DNA of 64,000 nt, from assembly GCF_964204865.1 (NCBI RefSeq), contig NC_135254.1, positions 19,344,001 to 19,408,000 of the forward strand. Direction: 5' to 3'. The position numbers were made by a program, and so were the translations under genes. Positions 53,301-64,000 of this stretch are shown here, piece by piece (within the stretch, counting starts at the first letter, position 1; each line of letters opens with the position of its first letter). A model generated the notes under the pieces. It had not been told where the DNA came from and searched no databases. It was given only the letters and a program-made list of their open reading frames with translations. The stretch comes from Styela clava (Eukaryota).

Positions 53301-53812
53301 CCAATTCTAGTAATAATAATATTTTAACACAAGATGATACGGATTCAAAGAAAATGTTTATGAATAGTAAGTCATTGCAGTTGAACTCTGACACGGGCCG
53401 TGGTGTATTCAAGGATCCACCTTCTGCTGATGGTAACGTTTCACTTTTAGATGATTTATTTATTCATGAAATTGATGAAACCTCAAATGAAAGTGCCATT
53501 TCGCAACCAACAAAATCGGGCACCGATGGGGCTTTATTACAAAAAGTAAAATCCTCGGCTGTAGTTTTTAATTCAAATCCATCCATGGTACGTATCACCA
53601 ACCCTCTTGAAACATTGCACGAAGAATTTTCTAAAGCCCATATTGCTGCTGAACCAATTCAAACTGGTAATCATGCTATTGCAGGATTGGTTAACGATAT
53701 CAACCAGATATCTGTTAGTTCGACCAACTCAGATTCTGGTGTTTCAGGGTGTGGAGGTATCATGAAGGCTGAACAGGAGTCTAGGGATTCGTCAGATCTT
53801 GGTGATCATTGA
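29356..53812 (+). CDS. NOS1AP: NOS1AP/CAPON (PTB-domain adaptor) orthologue, about 1107 aa, 16 coding exons
   Basis: Phase-consistent GT-AG exons: 29356-29472, 30207-30278, 34583-34675, 35052-35110, 36038-36146, 37433-37562, 38675-38778, 39314-39505, 39799-39855, 40882-41094, 41964-42162, 42703-42862, 45794-45931, 46643-46829, 48001-48137, 52456-53812 (3324 nt). The peptides [92 protein letters not shown] and [28 protein letters not shown] match vertebrate NOS1AP. Exons 11-15 rest on splice signals and phase only. Confidence 0.93.
33519..34170. mobile_element. Non-autonomous TIR DNA element (possibly Sola1-type) in NOS1AP intron 2
   Basis: TIR CGCCGGATGAGAACAGAA..GGCCTAAGTCACA / TGTGACTTAGGCC..TTCTGTTCTCATCCGGCG, flanked by ATAT on both sides (fits a 4-bp AWWT TSD). 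Confidence 0.75.
33903..34122. repeat. Perfect inverted repeat: 99-bp arms, 22-nt spacer
   Basis: 33903-34001 is the exact reverse complement of 34024-34122. Confidence 0.95.
34729..34951 (+). mobile_element. ~220-bp MITE (CCTAAC-containing family), copy 1
   Basis: Imperfect ~23-bp TIR GCACTCCAGAAGTATGTGTACCA / TGGTACAAATACTACGGGAGTAC and an internal CCTAACCCTAACC. Homologues lie at 44149-44369 and 44635-44847. Confidence 0.8.
40575..40830 (+). mobile_element. Degenerate copy of the 11471-11790 hAT MITE
   Basis: It shares GCGGAGAAG, TGGTATGC.GC, CACAAGATCAATAACCAA and CAACTAC.AGAAAG.CTATGTTAA with that element. Confidence 0.7.
44149..44847. mobile_element. Two inverted copies of the ~220-bp CCTAAC MITE (44149-44369 +, 44635-44847 -)
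   Basis: Both match 34729-34951 (GAACTCGT.ATAGAAC.A.AATA.GAAAAT.GGAATAAAATTATG.CC.AAC..AACCTGGTA.ACATACTA.GGGAG.AC). Confidence 0.8.
45439..45690. mobile_element. hAT MITE related to 49961-50913
   Basis: Termini CAGGGTTCCCCAAACT / CCCAGTTTAGGAAACCCTG. Confidence 0.75.
46047..46142. mobile_element. Tiny Tc1/mariner-type MITE
   Basis: TACAGGGTG...GGGGTGACAG / CTGTTACCC...CACCCTGT inverted termini. Similar TACAGGGTGTC ends occur at about 9125 and 36914. Confidence 0.55.
46146..46478 (-). mobile_element. tRNA-derived SINE, copy 1
   Basis: On the - strand the 5' head is GGCGGTGTGGCGCATAGTG (A box), followed by GGTTCAAAT (B box) and a (ATCCT)n tail. Homologues lie at 59626-59961 and about 62190-62598. 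Confidence 0.8.
46893..47457. mobile_element. hAT-type MITE
   Basis: Termini TAGGGGTGGCCAAC / GTTGGTTCACCCCTG, GTCGATCG subterminal repeats, and a degenerate TSD CCTTATAC/CTCTATAC. Confidence 0.7.
48465..48562 (-). mobile_element. Head of a second tRNA-derived SINE family
   Basis: The - strand reads GGCGCTAGTGGTTAAAGCG (A box) and GATTCAAATCCC (B box-like), with a spacer too long for a tRNA. A similar B-box segment lies at about 47545-47575. Confidence 0.55.
49961..50913 (-). mobile_element. Internally deleted hAT (Buster) transposon carrying a nested insertion
   Basis: TIR CAGGGTTCACCAAACT / AGTTTAGGAAACCCTG and TSD AGCTAAAG/AGCTAGAG. The - strand remnant EYPSLL../[19 protein letters not shown] (~50650-50745) is the hAT dimerisation domain. 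Confidence 0.85.
49992..50267. mobile_element. Nested 276-bp hAT MITE
   Basis: TIR CAATGTTCCCTCTAA / TTAGAGTGAACACTG, GTGTGCGCA subterminal repeats, and a perfect TSD ATGCGGAC (49984-49991, 50268-50275). Confidence 0.92.
51075..52052. mobile_element. Degenerate Tc1/pogo-type element
   Basis: TA-CCGTATTTCCC...TAAG left end and a weak ...ATTACGG-TA right end. Confidence 0.4.
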
Positions 53813-56661
53813 TATTGTAATTCAAGTAACCATTACCATTGTTTAAATTGACTTTTTTAGTGTTCTACATTTATGATCAATGCCCATTAATCTCTGACGT
53901 TTCATTGAACAAATCATTGTTTGCTATTCTGTGATTATTCAAGTAATTTTCACTTAATTAACTATTGCTGGTTCTGTAATTGTTTTAATTTTTTATACTT
54001 CTTAAAACCATGTAATATTGTGAATAATTTTTGTAAGAAATCCGCTGTTTTTTATTTTGTTTTTATTATTGCACTATTACTTAATCGCCAATCTAAGTTT
54101 CCAAAACGGATGTTTTTAATTTTTTCATATGTTTTATATTCATCGTCTTATGGTGCTTTAATTATTTGAGCATTGTGTAAGCTGGTGTGCCCGTTTAGGT
54201 TCCTAGAACTGATGCGATTTTATTTTATATTCATATAACAAAAAAATCTTTGTTGTATAGTTGATTGTTTGCCAAGATATAAGTCTGATTTTGGGATTTT
54301 AATTGCTGGTACATTCAATTTAAGAACACAAGAAATTTCAAAGTTGGGTAACATTTTGTCAGATATTCAACTGCCTTAAATCATCAACAAATTCACTACT
54401 TTATGTTTTTCTTTTTTAATGGAATTATGAAAATATGAAACGACAGCAAAAATCAATAGCTTGTTGGTACTAGCAAAACATATTTCTACACTCCTAGTTC
54501 TAATTTTGGTTCTGTTTATCAAAATTTCATTATATTGTGTGGGTGATGAAGATTGCCTCATTTTTGGTTTCTAAAATATTGCTATATTAATAGCGAACAA
54601 CTGGGCAAGTCTTATTATTATATGGTCCCACACCTCAAGAATATCAAGTAGGGGTCTATAAATAAATCCGTTGGTTGTATTTGGCCTTACTAATCTCTAA
54701 CTAGACAAGATAAAGTTGCTTTGTGAATGAATAATTATTATTATATTCGATATATCTTTGATATGGACAGTTAACGTTTTATGATGAAGTTTCAAATTGG
54801 CCAACCTAAAAAAGTGGGTGTTGTATATCGTGCTTTTTCATCATCTGAGATTATGACTCTTGATAGGTCTTGGTAAGATGCCATGTTGTAATGAAATCAT
54901 AAAAATCATGCCCAGACAATTCAGGATTATATTGAGATATTTCAATAGAAAATACAATTTTTGTTTCATTATTTTCAAACATTGAAATAGTTTATTTAAT
55001 CAAATATAAAGATAGCTGGTGCTTTGTAGAACAGGCCTGATCATTTCACATCTACAGTTGAGATGTAAAACTCGCAGCAAATGTTTTTAAGATCATATTT
55101 TTGTTGCATGATTCATATTTATATCTATCTATTAGTGAATAAATTGTTTTCGTGACTCTCTATTTGCTGGTAGTAGTTTTAAGAAAGTTGGCTCTATTTT
55201 ACACTATGTGTGTATTTTTACATTCTTTCATATCCATTCGTACTAGCGTTCACATAGTCCAACTATGATAATTGGATCAAGTTAGCAAGATTGAATATTG
55301 TTGCATTTGCCTTTGAAGATGAATATATATTGTGCGAATATATAAGCAATGGTTACAAATCTATTACAGTTCCTGAGCTGCCATAAGATAACTTTATTCT
55401 GTCATAGCAAATAAGAAAGACAAAAGTTAGTGCATCCATCAAAAAAAATATTCTAATTGTTTGTTGAGGTTCATGCTATTGAGGAAATGTGTCATCGAAT
55501 GTTTGCTTGGGAAGTTGCCATAATTATGATTACGGTATATATATATTTACATGTATCAACTTTGGATGTTATTGTAATGTCAAAACGTCATTCTCTTGTA
55601 ATTCAAATAGACAGACTTTCAGACAATTTTGTCTTTATCGATTGCGAAGTTTGGTTATAGTCTAACTTTTAAAAAAGATTTCCTTACTCTATGATATTAC
55701 CTTTCAATCATGTGAAAACTTTGAACTACATGAAATACTTGGATGAAATAGTAAATGTTTCATCTCTTAGTTGAAGTAGTTTTAAATTTACCGTTTTTCA
55801 CTGATTCGTTTCAACAGTGTCTTCCTGTAATTAATGAACTTACCACCCATCTATAATTGCAGATGATTTTCAATTTTTGTACCTGTTTTTAAAGATGAAT
55901 TGTATGTATGGTATAAACCAGCACACAGGAGGATAATTTTTTTTACAATTTTTACAAGATACCTGATTGTCCAAAATATTTATTTATTGGGAAAAGTCCA
56001 AGTCAATACATAGCTTGATTATTTGTCTTTTTATTGTGCCATAGTTACCAGCAGCGTTTATTCTTGATTTTTTCATAGATTAAACATGTTTTATTTTTCA
56101 ATAATTTAAGTTGTTACACCATTGGTTTTACCTTTTTTATTAAAATTTCATGCATAAAATAGGTGCTTGCTATCATTGCATGTTTTCTGTAGTCAGCAGT
56201 AAGTCTTAAAATGTTTCTTATTTATTGTTTAAACGTGTGTTAAATCCATATTTGTGTCAGAATTCAGATTTCATTACTTGGTATTCAATCGGAAATAAAA
56301 GATTCAAATTTTGTGAAGGCAGCCTTGATGATTTTAAACAACCTGTTACAGCAATGAAATTCCGTTTGTAAACTAGAAGTCCAACATTGTGACTTCATTT
56401 TTTTTTACTGTAACGATTTTTATTTGAATATTGACAAATTCGGTTTGTGTAAGTAAATTGATGTGTTTGTAATCCATATTTTTTAGTTATATGGCCAGCC
56501 AAGTATAAACCTAGGTTTTGATTTGCTCACCAAAACGTTCTCGTATTTGCAGTGAATTCTTTGTATGCCTTGCACTTTCAACCACTTGCGAAAGGGACTT
56601 TTCTCTGGTGTTGATATTTGTTTTTCATTTTAGTCATTAAATTATGGTTATTTTAAATAAA
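53813..56661 (+). other. Probable long NOS1AP 3' UTR region with several AATAAA signals
   Basis: About 2.8 kb of T-rich sequence after the stop with no recognisable mobile elements, unlike the introns. AATAAA occurs at about 54661, 55138, 56294 and 56656. Confidence 0.45.
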
Positions 56662-56740
56662 ACACAAGTCTCATTTTTATCACCGGGCAAGGAATGGCAT
56701 ATTATGGGTAGAGGAAAGAAGAATTACTCCTTGAGTGTTA

Positions 56741-57096
56741 CCGTGTTTCCCCGAAAATAAGACTGGGTCTAATTTCAATTTTCTTCCGAAAATTAACACT
56801 AGGGCTTATTTTCGTGGGATGTCTTATATTTTCATTTAGCAAAATCAAAATTACGAGATTGTCAAATATACAAAATATGAAAACCGATACCCATTTACTT
56901 AACACGTAACACGTTTTTATTCAAAATAACTGCAAAACGTAATAATCTATCATTTAAAACGTGTAGGAGAGATTTTTTGCTATCGACTAGGTCAAAAAAA
57001 ATTCGCGTTAATGTCTGGGTCTTTTTTAAGGGGGGGGGGCTTATTTTAAACTCATTTTTTGAATTCAGGTGAGGTCTTATTTTCGGGGAAACACGG
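56741..57096. mobile_element. pogo/Tigger-like MITE
   Basis: Perfect 23-bp TIR CCGTGTTTCCCCGAAAATAAGAC / GTCTTATTTTCGGGGAAACACGG, preceded by TA, with internal CTTATTTT repeats. Confidence 0.85.
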
Positions 57097-57374
57097 ACCA
57101 TGGTACATACTGTAGAAGCAGAAATATAATTTTTAAGAACCGATGTTCACTAAAAGCCAGGCAAAGGTAAAAAGATAATTAATGGGACCCGTATTGAGTG
57201 GCCAAAGATAAGCTCAGTTATTTTTTGATTGATAAATGCGACGAAGATGTCAGTGGGGTGATTTATTTGAATCAACTGTGCCAAAAAATACCAGGTGGGA
57301 GAATTAACAAAAAGAGGAAGTAATATTAAAAAGTCTTCAAGGCCTTAAAAAAATATAAGAACGTTTGATTAAAT

Positions 57375-58290
57375 ATTAATATGGAAGTCTATTGCACTGG
57401 GATTAATGGCCGCATTTTACGAGGTACTTTTCGCTACATTTTACCGCCTACACAACCGCTTGCATACCTCGGTATGTGGATCGGTGGGTGCCCACGCCCT
57501 CAACACACCTCAACGCCTACATGTACAACTTGTTCAATATCAACAACATAGAAAATCCCCATTCAATATGGCTGTCTGGCATATTTATGCTCGGTATTCA
57601 AGCCATGGAATATTTTTCAATTTTGAACGCTTGCGCCGATGTAAAGAATTGTCTGGGATTAAATGGATCCAGCAATGCAAGCCTATGGACAGAGTATCGC
57701 CCAGGGGAAATGTGCGCTAAGTAAGTAACACTATCAGATTATATAATAAGCGCACGTTCTTTTGCTATTTTGAGCCGCCCTGCTGTCCTGAGATACTGTA
57801 GTGTTTGTATAACTTGGTGCTGCATATTTGGACCCTCTGATATAATTAAGATCTCTATTCTGCCATTACAGCATTAGCATAAAACAGTGGTGCTTTGATT
57901 ATTTTGGAACCCTTTATTCTTCCCTATGCTGCTGTGCATAAAGAGTATTTTGTTCATTCAATCTTCAATGAGTCCTTATCTAATGTTATATGCAAGTAGT
58001 TTGTTATGTTTTCATAAATAAGGATTAACTTCTAGTAATAATAACAGAATAAAGAAGTAAAGAACATTAGTAACACTACAACAAATACCACAAAAGTTTT
58101 TTCCCAAGAAAATTGACATAAGAAATGACAATATGCAAGATAGCTATAACCAAAGGACGACAGAGGGGGTAAAGGCGTAGTGCAAATGACTAGAGAATTA
58201 TTGCACTTGCCGAATTGGGTTAGAAGGGCATTCTTCAGTCATCTGACCTAAATGTGGTACCACGTTGACTGGACCCCAAGTACTGAGGTA
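57375..58290 (+). pseudogene. Frameshifted remnant resembling a CXorf38/DUF4559 (HEPN-like) N-terminal domain
   Basis: Segments in order but in shifting frames: WKSIALGLMAAF, PTCTTCSI, GCLAYLCSVF, IKW, SNASLWTEYRPGEMCAK (strong donor GTAAGT at 57721), then KIDIRNDNMQDS (58121-58138; RNxxxH with H>Q) and MTRELLHLP. The resemblance is to a recalled consensus. Confidence 0.4.
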
Positions 58291-58470
58291 GTGAAATACT
58301 AAAATGGTGTAAGTGTCTTTGTCTGTTCAAACATTTCGTAAATATATTAGCATGCTCATTATAGGGTGTTTAAATATCATTAAAAGAATTGGCAGTCTTA
58401 TTTTCCCTATCTTTCCCATGTTTGTAGTGCTTTTGTAAGTGTTGATTTAACTGGGAAATTTAACTTACAG

Positions 58471-61400
58471 ATGTAGTATAGTGACGATTCTGTCATGGGA
58501 AGTACCTGTCCATCGTAAGCACCTAATCACATATGTAGCATAAACATATTAACATGCCGGCTTGAAATTTAACGCTGGCTGTTCCATCACTAAAGAAATA
58601 GAACCTTCATTCTTTACTCTGGACCCACAATGAGTATATTCAGAGTTCATGCCACCACTGAGTAAATTAACCATATCATGCTGCAACAAGCAATACAGTA
58701 TCGCAACATTAGTAAAATACTGTAAAATAATATATATATAACTGCTTATTTTTCAGCTGCTGAAGACTCGTGTACTATTGTTTTAGGAGAGGATGATTCG
58801 CTTACATCATTACAGATTTCATCAAGTTCTTTATCACAGTTGATAGAAAATCAAAATGTCCTGGGTATAAATTTTTAATAATAAAATGTACATATTTGAA
58901 TTTAGTCGGATAATATTGTTACTTTTATGCTAAGAGGAAAGAAGTGTGAATATACTGAATTATATGATAAACTATAACACTGTAACAACTATGCAAGTAT
59001 TCAATATTTTGTTATTCCCTTTTTCTACCAGTTATTGATAGGAAATCTTCTCCAACTTATATACCCACTAACTTCATTCGAAATATTTGAAAACAAATCT
59101 TGATATCTGGTCTGGTGCTTTCAGCATACATCGGCTTGTTTCTAACAGTAGTATTATTTCTGTATTCTTTGTGATGCCCTCATTTGTGGTCCAATTTTCA
59201 TGTATATTGTATGCATTTGTAATTATACATGTTATTTTGAACTTGTTTTTAAAATTCTTCAGTATATAAGGAACCTTGTATAAAACGTGATTCTAGCAGC
59301 ATGCACAGTGAATACATTTTATGACTCTTTTTCTTTTTAGAAGATTTCAAAATACTTCCAACACAAACCGAAGCTTATATGTCATCATTGGAGATCTCCT
59401 CCCTGAGTAATGTTGAGATCAATCAAAACAATGAAGAATGTGTTAAGACTAACTTTACACCAGGGCCAGGTACAATTTCAGTAATGAATGTTTTTGTCTC
59501 AAAGTAACTTGCTAGTCATCTTTAACTCATCTATATTTTGTATATGTCGTATTTATTAATGAGAATTTTCGATACTATTGTGCTATTCCCCCACCACTAA
59601 TCAATCAAATCGTTTTTATTAGCCATTAGGATAGGAGTTACATATTTATCCCAGGGGAGAGGAAAGACGATATGATAGAATAAATATATAACGAGCCACG
59701 ACCTCTTGTCCAGTTACTATTCCATGTTGGGTATGGGATTAGTTAGCCATTTATTTGTTTTTTGATGCATGGACTTGATGGTGGATGGAGGAAGCCGCAA
59801 CTGACCAGCGGTTAGGTGAACCACTATGCGACGGTGAGGAGTTCAGCAATCTTGCACATAATTATCCTCGCATGAGATTCGAATCTGCGAACCCACGCAG
59901 GGTAGTCAGAGGTGCAGTGGCAAGCGTATTCCCAACGCTCAGTATGATATGGCACATCGCCAAGCTTTTCTATGAAATTTTTGAATTGTTTCAGAATCCA
60001 TTCTGAAATTGTTTTCATCTACAAATTGAATCACGGATTTAGAAAAAATCATGTTTTTAATCACAACTTCAGCCAATGAAAGGGCAGATTATAATATCTA
60101 TGTTACTAAAATATCCTTGACTTGCGCATCTTTCAGAGGTCTTGTCTTCTGAAGTTTCGGGACTCACTTCCAGTAATGTGGCCACTGAGGCTGAGCAGAA
60201 AATGAATAAAGAAATTGGTGATAAAAATTGTGAGGAAATACCGGCTAAAGGTAATTACATTGTATTACCGGTAAGTGTTTACAGATTGACAAATTTCTCA
60301 AATTATAGAACTATTGACAAATAGAAAACAGATATTGAATATATGATTTTATTTTCTCAAAGAAATTGGGATTTCTCCATTCCTTTTGAATAAATCAGTA
60401 AAATTAGTAGGATTTTCATTAATCAAACATTTCCATGTATTATTGTAGCTCACATAAAACCTTTGAATTACTCTAAACTTTTCCTAATGCACACACAGAT
60501 TTTAAAAATAGGTACTGGTATATTATTGTGTGTAGGGTAACAATTTTTAATGAATAGAGATATGCAGGGTGTTCATATAGTTGTATAATTTTTAGATTGC
60601 AACATGAATTTATTGATACCATATATAGTTTGTTGAGCCATACAGGTGTATTAAATGAAGTACAATACCTAAATAAAAGAAACGTTGTTGAGATATATTG
60701 AGAATTAATTTCATGACAAACTTGAAATTGTAACAGGACCTTATGAACACTCTGTATATGTATACTCTAAGTTTCAATTATTATTAAGTCTAATGATTGT
60801 GTAGTAGTTGATTGTGAAGTGGTTGATTGTGATCTGAAAAAGTGAAAGTTATTCTTGTATTGGTAGCACTATTACTATCACATCATCTTGGATTATTTTT
60901 TATTATCTCTAAAGTGTTTGTTGTGAACTCATAGACTGGCACAATATTTATTCACTGTTTTACTCCAATGACAATATTTACATTTTCACACATTTAGCAG
61001 CGGTAGACATTACCGTTATTTGCCCTACTTGCATTTTTATATACAATGTTAAGCGTCCTCATTGTGCCAATATCAAGTAAATGATTAAATGTACGGTAGT
61101 TAAAATATAAAGACACTGACTCTGAGTATTCAAGTTCGATAACAAATAATGTGAATAGTATTTGGCTAGTACTCTAATTTAATAACAAAGGATATGTGAT
61201 GTCTGAGACACATATCATATACAATTAAGCATGGAAACATAAATTTCTCAATAAAAACAAAAACTATGTGAACACCTAAATAACATTGGATGGATTTCAA
61301 CCAGTTTATATTTATGCTGCACTATCCAATCCATCCGTTCATTTGATTTTCAATGAATTACTTTTACTTTGTGACCCAATCGAACAAATGTTATGAATAA

Positions 61401-64000
61401 TCATATTTTGTGTATTAAGATATTTTTGTTTACGACACAGTTGAAAAAATTTCATCTCATGGAATTTCCTTTATGTTTTTCATATGCTTCAAAATATTTT
61501 TATCATTATTTTGAATATCTTCCATGGTATACCAAATTTATATCATATGGTATACGAAATTCCTTATAATACAGATATCTTACTTGGGCATTTACTATTT
61601 ACCAATCGAATGTAACAAAATACCTTGAGAGTAAGGGCTGTTTTGAAACAGTACACTATCTATTATGAATCAAAATGATTGTGACGCAAAAGTTTGAAGT
61701 CAGCTTATTGCACCATAGATCCCAAACTAAGTACACAAGTTACGTAATCCTTCCTGTTAAATTGATTGATTGCTTATTTGGCTTAAAGTAAGAGAAGGTA
61801 CTGGAAATTCTATTACCCTTGGGACTTTCCAACCCAAAATTCCCAGCGGTTTACCACACTCATATATTTAGAGAAGTCTTTTATTTTCAACTACTAACAA
61901 AAAAAAAATTTCTATGTTATATTCCACAACAAGAATGCTATTATATATACGTTATATGAATTAATTTGCTGCTTCTTTTTCAACCTCCAATGATATTGAT
62001 AAATTCACTTTGTTACTTTTCCAAATGGTATAGCCGCCGTATCTGGATCTGCTGATGGAAAGCAATCAAGCAAAACTATTCCTAAAGTTCATAATTCATA
62101 TCAAGAGTTCAATGCATTCCATGGCAATGTTTGTCTAGGTCTTGGAAATCAAGAGAACCAACATGGTATGTGGCATACAATGCATCCATCCTTTTCAGGT
62201 TCAAATCCCATGCCTACAAAGGGTGTAATAAATTGGGTGGGCAATACCAAACCGCAAAGATTCCGCTTTTAAAAATAGTACCTCCTTACAAATTATTAGA
62301 TATCAGTTGCCACTTGTTCGGGGTAGAAGGCCTGAATGAGCTTTGTGTAAAAAAAATTTGCTGGATTATTATAATAATATAAATAACTAATCCGAAAATG
62401 AGCGGATTCAGAATATATTCCAATACTTCTGAAAATGTTAATATTTATAACCACATTAGGCATTATAATAATTGATCTAGCTGATCCCATACCTGACATG
62501 GACTGGTAACCGGACGAGAGGCTGTGGTTCGCCATATGATTAAGCCGTTTTATTGGCTTTCCTCTCCCATGGGATAAATATGTAAATCCTATCCTATCGA
62601 TTCAATTTTGTATTTTAGTTTCGTGATTGAAATATGTTTTCAGAACGTCAGCCATTCAAAAAATGTACTTCTCACCAGAACCATTTGTCTAATAAATGTG
62701 GATTTGATGAGAGTAAAGGTATTGAAAATGTTCTTTGTCCTTTCTTACAATAACATTATGAAATGTTTGGATATATTGAATACTATTCTATTTGTTGATA
62801 GGTATTGGTGATTTTTCAAACAATTGTGACAGCATTCTTCCCACAGTATTATATGATTTGGGGGTTACTGGTAAATCTCATTCCTTTACTGGTAAGGGAG
62901 AAGAACTAAAAGGAACAAAACTAGCACCAAATATTTTGCACACTCCTCAAGAATTGAGACAATACACACCACCTCGTCCTACTTTTCAAAAAACAATAGT
63001 CTTTGAAGAAATCTTGGATCAACTTGAACATGGACATAAAATCATACATCTTCATGGTATGTCTGGAACAGGGAAATCTCAGATTGTTCGTGGAATTTGT
63101 AAAGTACTTGATGAGAGTAATAGATCTTATTTGTTATGGCATATGCAGTGCCAAGATGGAAGTAATTTGCTCAAACTGGGTCTTGAAAGACTCATAGATA
63201 AGCTTGATGATTGTAGTATAATAGATGTAATTCTTAGAAGGACATTACTTGAAGAACTGCAGAACAATCGCACAAAGACTCTTGTAAATAAACTAACCAC
63301 GTTACACACGAAAATACTGCTTGTCATAGAGGATATTACTGACGATGAAAAAGTGCTGGCTCGCAGTTTAGTCCAGAGTTTAAGTACTCTAGCCACTCAA
63401 TCCTTGCAAATACTCATTGCATCTCCGAGAAAAGATGTTTTATACACTGAAGAGGACATTGATGCTATGAATTACTACTACACAAAAAGAGTAAATGGAT
63501 TTATAAAGCCAGAAGCAGTAGCTTTCCTCACGACTGGGAACATAAACAGAAAGGGAGCTGAGCAGTTAGCAGAGGCACTCGCCTATTCTCCACTCAGACT
63601 TACTCTTGCTAAAAACTACTGTCGTAAATATAGGGAATCGTATCAGTCTTATTTTGATGGCCTTGGGAAGGATGAAACAGTAATTGAAAAAGAGAAACAA
63701 ATTCTGAACCTTCATCCAGATTTAGCAAAATGCCATGGATATGAGGTCATTATGAAAGCATTAAGACCAAGGAGTAAAGTTGAAAAAGAAGATTTGCAAT
63801 TTTTGGTAATAGAAATGATGTCATTCTTGAATAATGAAAACATTTCTGATTATTTACTTGGTAAGTTTTTCCAACAAGTCCAACCAATGGTCTTTCGTGA
63901 AGAACAGAGGATGGTTCAATGTCTAAAAGCTAGACTTGAAGATGACTGTGATATGGATGTGCATAGTTTTTCAGATAAAATTGATTACGGTGAACAACTT
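58471..64000 (+). CDS. STAND NTPase (NB-ARC/AP-ATPase type, NLR-like) gene, partial, runs off window
   Basis: Exon 62802-64000 is open for 399 codons with no stop. It has Walker A IHLHGMSGTGKS (63056-63079), Walker B ILLVIED (63314-63334), sensor-1 ILIASPR, GF..PEAVAFL, GLPL-like LAEALAYSPLRL (63584-63595) and MMSFLNNENIS. Upstream phase-1 low-complexity exons are 58757-58864, 59341-59469 and 60137-60250, with a possible exon at 58471-58514. Confidence 0.8.
59626..59961 (-). mobile_element. tRNA-derived SINE, copy 2
   Basis: Colinear with 46146-46478; B box GATTCGAATC and ATCCT tail. Confidence 0.8.
62190..62598 (+). mobile_element. tRNA-derived SINE fragments, copy 3 (interrupted or composite)
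   Basis: B box GGTTCAAATCCC at about 62198. The 3' part CCCATACCTGACATGGACTGGTAACCGGACGAGAGG...GGGATAAATATGTAAATCCTATCCTAT (62485-62597) matches copies 1 and 2. Confidence 0.7.

Noticed and set aside
57406-57720. 104-aa ORF as a stand-alone gene
   Set aside because: It is better explained as one frame of a frameshifted exon. Its TAA coincides with a strong splice donor.

Overview
This is AT-rich, intron-containing animal DNA. The NOS1AP similarity and repeat landscape suggest an invertebrate chordate such as an ascidian (inference). Genes: (1) a tandem pair of two-exon SLC35G/EamA transporter genes on the - strand. Copy B is intact (300 aa). Copy A has one internal TGA in a UGA-CUAG readthrough context. 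(2) An intronless, atypical class A GPCR (21801-22814, -). (3) A 16-coding-exon NOS1AP/CAPON orthologue (29356-53812, +, about 1107 aa) with a long C-terminal tail. It lacks the nNOS PDZ-binding end but carries a motif resembling vertebrate C1orf226. (4) At the right edge, a spliced STAND/NB-ARC NTPase gene that the ORF track misses. It has a 399-codon open exon from 62802 that runs off the window, and it is preceded by what looks like a frameshifted CXorf38/DUF4559-like HEPN domain, which suggests a HEPN-NB-ARC immune-receptor architecture. Intergenic and intronic DNA is dense in non-autonomous hAT elements with 8-bp TSDs (one nested). It also holds Tc1/pogo-type MITEs, tRNA-derived SINEs, a decayed Ty3/Gypsy gag-pol, a LINE RNase H remnant, and an element with a perfect 99-bp-arm hairpin. 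All family assignments come from manual motif reading and recalled consensus sequences; no searches were run.
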